NCBI RefSeq assembly: GCF_001194135.2
Contig: NC_069006.1
Span: forward strand, 12,034,567 to 12,098,566
Source: Octopus bimaculoides
Taxonomy: Eukaryota
Direction: 5' to 3'
DNA length: 64,000 nt
The translations under genes and the position numbers were made by a program. Shown piece by piece: positions 53,972 through 64,000 of this stretch (position 1 is the stretch's first letter; every line of letters begins with the position of its first letter). The notes beneath the pieces are model-generated. The model did not search any database. It saw only the letters and a list, made by a program, of their open reading frames with translations, and was not told the DNA's origin.

Positions 53972-54468
53972 CGTTAACTGATTGGAAGTGTTATCATGTA
54001 TGTTTTGTCTTGGTATAAAAGATGGGCTACAGCAAATATTCTACTCAATATCACAAATTTGTTTGTCAGTTGCTTGACCTTAACCAGTTGACCATGTCCA
54101 TTGGTGGCTAATGATATGTGCATCTCTGATCATGAGCAGAAGTAGCCATGTGTTGAGAGGAATTCTTTGGGGTTTGAATAATTCACCTGTGGAAACATGG
54201 GTGTTTCATTTATCATCCTTAAACAAACCTTATTCAAGGACTTTATGAGTGGAATGGGCTTCTCAATTTGAAGAAAATGCTAACTGGGCCTCACCTGCAA
54301 GGTCATGGGCTATTTATCCTGATATGAGATGACCACGTTGTGCTCATATGGTTGTGGTGCATGTGCCTGGTGTATCCTTATCAGACAGGTAGTCATGATG
54401 GGTATATTGGGCTTCAGATATTTGTACCCCAGTGTCACTTTGATGGCATATGCTGCTCTCTCACTCAA
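53972..54468 (+). mobile_element. Non-coding ~500-bp dispersed element (family D) ending in (AAT)n
   Basis: A clearly homologous second copy lies at 59905-60408. Confidence 0.75.
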
Positions 54469-54499
54469 TATTAATAATAATAATAATAAATTCCTTATT

Positions 54500-55130
54500 T
54501 TAACACAAGGCCAGTAATTTTGAGTGGAAGGGGAAGTCAATTACATCATCTTCAATGTTTAACTGGTATTTGTTTTACCAACCCTGACAGGATGAAATCA
54601 ATCTCAGCTGTATTTGAACTCAAAATGCATGAGACAGAAGAAAGGTTGCCAAGCAATTTGTCTGTCACACTGATGATTCTACCAGCTTGCTGCCTTAATA
54701 GTAATAATAATAATAATAATTTCTACTAGTCAATTAAAGTGCTCAGATGGTACTTATTTCATTGACCCCAAGAGGATAAACAGCAAAGTCGATCTCAGTG
54801 GAATTTGAACTCAGACTGTAAAGCCATAAATTCCACTAGGCATTTTGTCCGGTTTGCTAATGATTCTGCCAGTTCATTATCCTAATAATACTAAAAATAA
54901 TAGTAATGATGATGATTTCAGATTTTGGCACAAGGCCAGAAATTTTAGGGGAAGGGGCTAGTTGATTACATCAACTCCGGTACTGAGCTGGTACATATCT
55001 TATCGACCTTGAAAGGATAAAAAGCAAAGTCAACCTCAGCAGAATTTGAACTCAGAATGTAAAGATGGGCAAAATGCTACTAAGCATTTTGCCTAGCGTA
55101 CTAGTGATTCTGCCAGCTTGCTACTTTACA
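54500..55130 (-). mobile_element. Three tandem SINE family B copies
   Basis: Repeated units separated by (AAT)/(GAT) runs. Confidence 0.8.
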
Positions 55131-55189
55131 TAATCATAATAATAATCTTTTCTATATTCACTACTGAGGGTTTATATAAAAGATTGGGG

Positions 55190-55825
55190 ATAGCACAGGA
55201 CAACACAACACAAAAAAAGTGGGATTTAATTGTGTAAAAAGGTAATAATAAAACTATAACAAATAAATTCCCCAAAGAGGTAGGCTTCCAAAGGTTGCTC
55301 ATGGAAACTCCACCAAAACCACGATCGCCCTAACCTCTAGGGCATATGCCCTCTCCACTTCATCTACCTTCGATCTAGAGGCATGTGCTTAGAGTAGGCC
55401 CGTTCATTTGGGCCATTTGCACAATATTCAGCCACCTTTTAACAAAATTGCTGGGAGGCAACACTTCCCTCTCAACCCTCACTTTCTTTTTCAAGAGAAA
55501 CATGAAAAAGTTGATGAGAGTTTGGCCAAACAGGAAAATGTCTGTCTTCAGCCCTTTCAACCTGGTCCACCACACAACCTCTTTTGCTAAAATCAAAGAA
55601 ACACTGCCTGCCCTTCCCAGCTTAAGGAACGTGGCAGAGCAATCTTTGCAAAGGACTCAGCTGATGGCCCAGTCCATCCTACATGTGACAGCAGGATTCA
55701 ACATAAATCTACAAGTTAGCAATGCTTGGGCATTGGACAAGAGCTTGCAGGATAGTTTTGTCACTCTGCTCACACCTCACTCTTGCCCAGCTGACAGCAC
55801 TTCCATGCTTGTAGAGTTTATCCCG
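55190..55825 (-). mobile_element. L1/Tx1-like LINE ORF2 3' fragment
   Basis: RCEQSDKTILQALVQCP (degenerate zinc knuckle) and FLLKKKVRVEREVL..SNFVKRW. Confidence 0.75.
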
Positions 55826-56098
55826 CTGTCTGTGTGTATATGTATATATATAGTTTTAGGGAAAATTGAGTTTTTACCTGTAATTTTGGATTTTTATCCC
55901 TAATATTATTNNNNNNNNNNNNNNNNNNNNNNNNNNNNNNNNNNNNNNNNNNNNNNNNNNNNNNNNNNNNNATATATATATATATATATATACATACATA
56001 CATACACACATTTGTATCGTGGATGATATTTTCAGCTGTTACAACTATATCTGATTCTTTAAGTGCATCAATTCTGTTTATTTACATAAATTTACCAG

Positions 56099-56188
56099 AT
56101 TGCTGACATTTATCAATGGTTTATCCCATTCGTGTTGATGCTCCATTTTGTATCATTAATAAAATTGTTGGCATTTTTGACAACACAG
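56099..56188 (+). other. Candidate 90-nt exon (IADIYQWFIPFVLMLHFVSLIKLLAFLTTQ, hydrophobic)
   Basis: Acceptor aatttaccAG and donor CAG|GTATGC; only phase 0 is open. An alternative acceptor lies at 56035. Confidence 0.25.
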
Positions 56189-56212
56189 GTATGCTAATGA
56201 TAATAATAATAA

Positions 56213-56811
56213 CTAGCTGGATCCGTGAAAAAGTTACAGAAAACAAAACATGTAAGCATCTGTAAACAGTGTACTGGTGTCATGAGAAATGTTTGCATAT
56301 TATGACTGTGTGTCTTTACGTTCTGACTTCAAATTCTGCCAAGGTCGACTTTACCATTCATCCTTTCAGGGTCGATAAATTAAGCACCAGTTGTGTAATG
56401 GGGTAGATCAGACGCAGGAAAGTATATTGTGACAGTTACAGAATAGAGAAAGTAATGTAACACCAATAACTATATAATCCAACCAAAATGTCTCAGTTAC
56501 ACAAACATAAACAGAATTACTATTTAACCTTAAAATACATCGTACTTATTCAAAGAACCTTCTTGGTTTAGTGGTATTCTTTTATTCTTTTACTTGTTTC
56601 AGTCATTTGATGGTGGCCATGCTGGGGTACCACCCTTTAGTCGAAGAAATTGACCCCTGGACTTATTCCCTGTAAGTCTGGTGCTTATTCTATCAGTCTC
56701 TTCTGCTGAACAGCTAAATTACAGGGACACAAACGCACCAACATTGGTTGTCAAGCAATGATGGTGGTGGTGGGACACAGACACAAACACACACAAACAT
56801 ACATACATACA

Positions 56812-56847
<36 letters not shown>

Positions 56848-57735
56848 TATATATATGACGGGCTTAAAGGTGGTGGTGAGGCTGGCTGGTGCAATTTTGT
56901 AGTTTGCTGGTATGCTGAGAGAGATCCAGCGGGTCCCTAACTGGTTCCCCAATCTTAAAGGTGTAATGTAGATGTGTAATGATGGAGTGGCTGGTGTGGT
57001 GGTGATGCTAGCTGGTGTGGTGTGGATGCTAGCTGGTGCGGTGGTCTTCCTCACAGTACTTCATGGTAGAACAACATTTTGTGTGTATGTCACTCCACGT
57101 TTTTGGCCTTGTCTGTTATCCTAGTTGAGTATCAACTCTTACTTTGATATTGTTCATAGCTCGTGTTCTTGAAAATGCAACATATAATTGGCCATGGGAA
57201 AATACCAGTTGAGGCAAATGTAGTCCAACATTTTCAAATGCTTTCCCTTGAGCCTTATTATCATTGAATATGCAAGTCAAAGTGGAAACTGAAGTCTGTT
57301 GAGTTTGAATGGAATATTTGCATCACTTGGGTTAAGTTTAATTTTGAGAATTAGAACTGTACGACCTCTGTTGTAGACTGTTACCAATGATGCCTCTACA
57401 CAATGTTCATGAAGTCTTTGCACTTTCATGTGAGTTCCATTACATAATCCTTGACTGATCAAAGGATTTCTTAGCAGCATTACAATAGCCCCTACTTTTA
57501 AGTTGAGGCCATGTGGAGGCATATCAGATGGAGTGAATGAGTTTATGAATTCAACTGGATAGTTCTGAACCTCCTCTTCATTATTGCAGGACACCAAATC
57601 TGTGCTTAAGTACATTTTAAGTGCCTCTGGTATAATATTAAGAACTTTTTCATTTATTGCAAGACAGAATTTTTAGGAGATAAAATTACTTGTTTTTCCA
57701 TTTCTTCTGGTGTGCAGTTGTTGAAAATTTAGAGG
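56213..57735 (-). mobile_element. 5'-truncated Helitron: Pif1-family helicase C-terminus through the 3' terminus, with nested SINEs
   Basis: YPVEFINSFTPSDMPPHGLNLKVGAIVMLLRN..GLCNGT...RLQFPL, then NKAQG and FSHGQLYVAFSR. The 3' end has a degenerate hairpin (ctgtaa...tcacgg) followed by CTAG|T at 56213. Confidence 0.85.
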
Positions 57736-57739
57736 TACA

Positions 57740-57895
57740 TCATCATCATCATCATCATCATCGTTTAACGTCCGCTTTCCATGCTAGCATGGGTTGGACG
57801 ATTTGACTGAGGACTGGTGAAACCGGATGGCAACACCAGGCTCCAATCTAAATTTGGCAGAGTTTCTACAGCTGGATGCCCTTCCTAACGCCAAA
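57740..57895 (-). mobile_element. RTE-related SINE/LINE 3' end (family F), young-looking copy
   Basis: TTGGCGTTAGGAAGGGCATCCAGCTGTAGAAAC...GGACGTTAAACGATGATGATG; CpGs are retained. Confidence 0.75.
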
Positions 57896-58897
57896 TGTAC
57901 AAATTGAAATACAAAAGAACAAAATAATAAATGGATTTATGAATGGAAGTTTGGTAATTGTATTTATTTCCACCACGTGACACTTATTATTGCAAATGTT
58001 TTAACAAACCTAAACTATACACACACACAAANNNNNNNNNNNNNNNNNNNNNNNNNNNNNNNNNNNNNNNNNNNNNNNNNNNNNNNNNNNNNNNNNNNNN
58101 NNNNNNNNNNNNNNNNNNNNNNNNNNNNNNNNNNNNNNNNNNNNNNNNNNNNNNNNNNNNNNNNNNNNNNNNNNNNNNNNNNNNNNNNNNNNNNNNNNNN
58201 NNNNNNNNNNNNNNNNNNNNNNNNNNNNNNNNNNNNNNNNNNNNNNNNNNNNNNNNNNNNNNNNNNNNNNNNNNNNNNNNNNNNNNNNNNNNNNNNNNNN
58301 NNATATATATGTTTCGAGTTGTAGATGTAATTCAAAGAGGCCAGCCTTGTCATATTCTGTGTGAGGTTGAATCTCCCTGAGAACTACGTTAATGTTATGC
58401 ATGTCTGTGGAGTACTCAGCCATTTGTGAGTTAATTTTATCCTCCTGTTGTAATGAGAAGTGAAATTGACAGCCAATACTTGCTGTGTCTATGTATCTAT
58501 GTATCCACTGTCTCTCTCTCACTTTCTCTTTCACTTCATTTGTGTCCCTCTTCTCTCCTGCTTTTGATTTAACAATGTGTATATGTATCTATGTATCTAT
58601 TTCTCTTGCGATGTGATAAACATTTAAAAACACAAAACAAACGCCATCACCACTCACTGTCTCTTTCACTTTCTCTCTTTCTCTCTCACGCTCTCACTTT
58701 CTCTCTCACGCTCTCACTTNNNNNNNNNNNNNNNNNNNNNNNNNNNNNNNNNNNNNNNNNNNNNNNNNNNNNNNNNNNNNNNNNNNNNNNNNNNNNNNNN
58801 NNNNNNNNNNNNNNNNNNNNNNNNNNNNNNNNNNNNNNNNNNNNNNNNNNNNNNNNNNNNNNNNNNNNNNNNNNNNNNNNNNNNNNNNNNNNNNNNN

Positions 58898-58946
<49 letters not shown>

Positions 58947-59169
58947 TACGTCCTCTCTCAAACATTTAAAAACACAAAATGAATGCCGTCACCACTCACT
59001 GTCTCTTTCACTTTCTCTCTTTCTCTCTCACGCTCTCACTTTCTCTCTCACGCTCTCACTTTCTCTTTCTCTCTTCCTCTCTGTCCTCCTCTCTCTCGCT
59101 TTGCCACTTCTTTGAAGTAAGTGTGACTCACACAACAGGTACGTACAAAAACAAAAAGTTAGTGTATTA

Positions 59170-60610
59170 ATATTATTGATAATAATCCTTTCACTGGTAC
59201 TTGATTTATCAACCTCGAAAGGATGAAAGGCAAAGTTGACCCCTGTGGAATTGAACTCAGAATGTAAAGGTGGACGAAACGCTGCTAAACATTTTGCCTA
59301 GCATCCTAACGATTCTGCCAGCTCTCTGCCTAGAAGAAGAAGAAGAAGAAGAAGAAGAATTGTTTCTAATTTAGGTACAAGGCCAACTATTTTGTGAGGA
59401 AGGGGCTAATAGTACTCAACTTGAGTACTTAATTAGTACTTTATTTCATTGACCTTGCAAGGCATTTTATTTCTGACAGTCTAATGATTCAGTGGGTTTG
59501 CAGTGGAAGTAGTAGTAGTAGTCTTCATAATTTTGGCATAAATCCAGCAATTTTGTGGGACGGGGTAAACAGATTACATCGACCCCATTACTTGATTAGT
59601 ACTTTATTCTCTTGACCCTGAAAAAATGAAAAATAAAGTTGACCTCAGTGAAATTTGAATTCAGAAACTCAGAACATAACCCTTTCTACTATAGGAACAA
59701 GGCCTGGAATTTGTGGGGTGGGGGATAGTTGATAACATTGATCCCAGTACTTGACTGATACTTATTCTATTGACCCCGAAAGGACGAAAGGCAAAATCAA
59801 CCTTGACAGAATTTGAACTCAGAATATAAAAATGGATGAAACACCACTAAGCATTTTGTCCAGTGTGCTAATGATTCTGCTAGTTCACCACCTTAATAAT
59901 AATAATCATGGCTTTTGATCTTAACTGATTGGAAGTGTCATCATGTCTTGGTATAAAAGATGGGTTACAGCAGATATTCTGCTCAGTACCACAGATTTGC
60001 TTGACCTTAACGAGTTGAGCATGTGCCTTAGTGGCTGACAATATGTGCATCTTTGATCATGCGCAGAAATAGTGGAAGAGCATCATAGCCATGTGTTGAG
60101 AGGAACTCTTTGGAGTTTGAATAATTCACCTGTGGAAGCATGGGTGTTTTGTTCAACATCCTTAAACAACCCTTATTCAGGGACCTTTTGAGCAGGATGG
60201 GCTCCTCAATTTGACGAAAATTCTAACTGGGCCCCACCTGCAAGGTCATGATCTGTTTATCTTTATATGAGATGACCATGTGAAGCACATATGGTTGTGA
60301 TGCATGTGCCTGGTGTACCCTTATCAGACAGATAGTTATGATGGGTATACTGAGCTGCATGTATTTTACCCCAGTGTCACCTTGATGGCATGCACTGCTC
60401 TCTCACATAATAATGATAATAATACTTTCTACTATAGACGCAAGGCCTGAAATTATTTGGGGAGAGGGCTAGACTGATACTATTTTATTAAACCTGAAAG
60501 GATGAAAGGCAATGTCAGCCTCAGTGGAATTTGAATTCAGAATGTAAAGACAGACAAAATGCAGCAAAATATTTTGTCTAATGTACTAAGTTCTACCAGC
60601 TCACCACCTT

Positions 60611-60612
<2 letters not shown>
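59170..60612 (-). mobile_element. Cluster of about five SINE family B copies with a nested family D element
   Basis: Repeated family B units at about 59180, 59365, 59535, 59680 and 60425. Confidence 0.8.
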
Positions 60613-60651
<39 letters not shown>

Positions 60652-60661
60652 TAATAATAAT

Positions 60662-61025
60662 AACAAGAGCCCTGAGAGAATGCAAACCTCCACCAAGGCA
60701 ATATCAACATCCTCTCAATGATTAGTAAAAATTGATTTTTAAAATGAGAATATCTGAAATAAACTCGACTGCTCTCACAAATGGGAATACTAAAAATGAA
60801 CCCGACTGCTCTCAAACATTAATTAAAAAAATAGGGAAAATAATCCAGAATCCTTGTCTGGTATCAGATCAATCCAAAAATCTAATCAGTTCATGCCAGT
60901 CACGGGGCCAAACATCCCTGAAAGTTTCATCAGAATCCATCCAGCAGTTCTTGAGATATCTTGTCCACGGACAAACAAACATGACTGAAAACAACACCTA
61001 CACCTTCGCTAAGGCGGAGGTAATA
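60662..61025 (-). mobile_element. HINE/DINE-1-like non-autonomous element (subterminal IRs)
   Basis: The minus strand starts TTATT-ACCTCCGCC-TTAGCGAAGG and ends CCTT-GGTGGAGGT-ttgcattctctcagggc-TCTTGTT, giving subterminal inverted repeats plus a 3' stem-loop-like segment. Confidence 0.55.
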
Positions 61026-61358
61026 ATAATGATAAAAATAATAACAACAGAGGCCCAAGGCAATGTCATGGATAGAATGAAATTAATATCTTTGCTCTTT
61101 GATCTCACCTATAGAAAAAAGATCAATACCAAGAAAACCAAGAAAACCAAGAAAGCAGATGTGAAATATTTTTATACTTTATGAGTTTATTTGAATTTCA
61201 TTTAAGGTACATTTCTTTAAAAATCCTTCTTTTATTTTTGGTTTTTGGTTATTCACATCATCAAGAAAATTAGTTCATGTTTTCCGTGACAACCTTATAA
61301 ATAGAAGAAGAAGAAGAAGAAGAAGAAGAGGGAAGAAGTAGAAAGAGGCTGAAGAAGA

Positions 61359-61409
<51 letters not shown>

Positions 61410-61772
61410 GAAGAAGAAGAAGAAATACAGGATAGTTGAAAAAGTAGAGGTAGAAAACAGGAGAAGAAGGGGGAGGAAGTGTAAAAGGAACACGATATGA
61501 AGAAGAAAAAGCTTTTGTTTAATGTTTTAAAAATAAGAAATATTTTGGGTTACTTTTTTATATGTGTAGAAATAAAAGTAGAGTTTATTATTAAATAACA
61601 CAAAGTGGCTCAGAATGGACACGTAGCAATAGAATAGGACATAAAAAGATTTCAGGAGATGAGCGTAGCACAGAAAAACAACAATAACAATAGAACAATA
61701 GTAATAATGATGACAATGGGAATGTTTCTTTATTAATAAATATGCTTACTTTATTATTATTATTATTATTGT

Positions 61773-62155
61773 GGAGGTGCAATGGCCCAGTGGTTAGGGC
61801 AGCGGACTCACGGTCATAGGATCGCGGTTTCGATTCCCAGACCGGGCGTTGTGAGTGTTTATTGAGCAAAAACACCTAAAGCTCCACAAGGCTCCGGCAG
61901 GGGATAGTAGTGAACCCTGCTGTACTCTTCCACCACAACTTCCTCTCACTCTTTCTTCCTGTTTCTGTTGTGCCTGTAATTCAAAGGGTCAGCCTTGTCA
62001 CACTGTGTCATGCTGAATATCCCCGAGAACTATGTTAAGGGTACACGTGTCTGTGGAGTGCTTAGCCATTTGCACATTAATTTCATGAGCAGGCTGTTCC
62101 ATTGATCGGATCAACTGGAACCCTCGACGTCGTAAGCGATGGAGTGCCAACAACA
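61773..62155 (+). mobile_element. SINE family C with an alternative 3' body
   Basis: Same ~190-nt head as 51815-52125 but a different 3' half, which also occurs alone at about 42330-42470 (minus) and 58330-58440. Confidence 0.8.
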
Positions 62156-62197
<42 letters not shown>

Positions 62198-62214
62198 AAT
62201 AATAATAATAGTTT

Positions 62215-62441
62215 TAAATTTTGGCACAGGGCCAGCTGTTTTTTGAGGGGAGGGGCAAGTCGATTACATCAATTCCAATACTTGACTGGTACTTATTTTA
62301 TCAACCCCAGAAGGATGAAAGGCAAAGTCAACCCCGGGGAAATTTGTACTCAGGACGTAAAAACAGATGAAATGCCACTAAGCATTTTGTCCAGCATGCT
62401 AATGGTTCAGCCAGCTTGCCACCTTGATAATAATAATCATA

Positions 62442-62476
<35 letters not shown>

Positions 62477-62860
62477 AAATTTTGGCACAAGGCCAGCAAT
62501 TTCAGAGGATAGGGTAAGTTGGTTACATCGATCCCCAGTGTTCAACTGGTACTTATCTTATTGACACCAAAAGGATGAAAGGCAAAGTCAACCTCAGCTG
62601 AATTTGAACTTAGAACATGACAACAGATGAAATGCTGCTAATTATTTCACCCGGTGTACTAACAAGTCTGCTAGCTCGCCACCTTAATAATGATAATAAT
62701 AATAATAATAATAATGACAATTCTTCCTCAGGCCAGCAACTTTGAAGGGAGGGTGCAAGTCACTACGATTGACTCCAGTACTTGACTGGTACTAGTCTCA
62801 TTGACATCAAAAGAATGAAAGGCAAAGTTGACTTTGGTGAGAGTTGAACTCAGAATGCAC
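62215..62860 (-). mobile_element. Three tandem SINE family B copies separated by (AAT)/(GAT) runs
   Basis: Units at about 62215, 62478 and 62730. Confidence 0.85.
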
Positions 62861-62914
62861 AGACCCAGTATCAATGCTCCATAGCATTTTATCCAACTCT
62901 TTTACAATACTGCT

Positions 62915-62975
<61 letters not shown>

Positions 62976-64000
62976 TAATAATAATAATGATAATGATATC
63001 CTTTTTACGATAGGTTGTGAACAGTGTATATGCATTAAGTGATACAAAGATGGGTATATATATGTGTGTGTGTGTGCATGTGCATATTTAACACAAAACA
63101 AGAGTTTGTAAAATATTTTGTTACATCAGTTTTCCTGTGTTTCATTAACAAAGTGATTATCAATGACACAAACTACATAATCCAATTGCATTGTCAAATC
63201 ATCAGAGATACATTCACTGGTTCTGCAACAACTGTATCAAATTAGGCTCAAATGTTTACTTATATATATATATGTATGTATGTATATATACATTCCATCA
63301 GGGTGATTTTCATTATCTTAAACTTAGAATGTTGTTGTGTGACTCCATTTTAGCCCAGATCGATAAAACACCAGTGATAAAAAAATAGAAAATGTAAAAA
63401 GGGGGTCCAGTTGTAATCATGCCATCATTTATTCAGGCCATCTACACTATCCAGCGTGTCCTTCCTTTACATAAGATAATAGTGCTTGATTTCCAAGAGA
63501 CTTGATTGCTATTTCAAGCTTAAGAAAAAATGTGTAAAAACAAGAGTATATTTTAATTGAATTGTTTGATTACTTTTATTATCATCAAGAACATGGAATT
63601 TGAGGAACAAAAACAAACAAAAATAAAAACATTGCAAGTGTGAGGTGCCAAAGAACTCGACAGAACAAATATATACATTGCTTCATGTATTATTTATATT
63701 TTTATATATATTAATGTAAATATCTTTTGGTAACACGTTAAATACAGATGGTAGAACAGACAAACTTTAATACATTAAACATCATATACCAAGCTAACTC
63801 ATTACAAAAATGGGTTTTACAGGAAATGCAATTTCACACCAAGATTCAATGAAATTTGTATAAATTTAGCAAATGAAGCTATTGAGTATGTTTTCCTTTT
63901 TCTTTTCTGTCTAAAAAAATCCCAAATATATATAAAAAATTTGTTATGAAAGAATCAAATGAAAAATAGAGGGTTTAGATAAAGGGTAAGAATCTGAGTT

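Noticed and set aside
1873-58965. Many long ORFs in the supplied track (HTHT, YIYI, MYVC, SLSL, poly-N/I/D, X-runs)
   Set aside because: They are translations of microsatellites, low-complexity tracts or N gaps, not genes.
58618-59060. About 100-bp duplication flanking an N gap
   Set aside because: It may be allelic haplotypes or a collapsed CT-rich repeat and cannot be interpreted without reads.
62215-62860. Regularly spaced repeats superficially like a CRISPR array
   Set aside because: Units are ~200-bp diverged SINEs with microsatellite spacers, and there are no cas genes.

Overview
This is AT-rich, repeat-saturated animal genomic DNA with many N gaps. It is most consistent with an octopod cephalopod assembly, inferred from the SINE families, the compound microsatellites and the 10-N gap style. 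I found no prokaryotic features, CRISPR arrays, rRNA, intact tRNA or confidently nameable host gene. Almost all long ORFs in the supplied track are microsatellite or gap artefacts. The supportable content is decayed mobile elements: Penelope-like (GIY-YIG) remnants, four mariner transposase remnants, L1/Tx1-like, RTE-like and RLE (R4/NeSL-type) LINE fragments, a Helitron helicase with its 3' terminus, a HINE-like element, TTAA-flanked piggyBac-type MITEs, several foldback elements and at least three tRNA-derived SINE families. The most unusual signals are a 300-bp palindrome carrying two mirror-image hammerhead-ribozyme-like cores, a tandem array of a putative stem-loop/pseudoknot module in a LINE 3' region, SINEs that share a head but swap their bodies, and strongly oriented SINE arrays sitting in (AAT)n. 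There are also several orphan exon-like segments with strong splice signals that may belong to an unidentified large-intron gene. I did not find evidence for a clearly new biological system, and all exon calls are low-confidence hypotheses.
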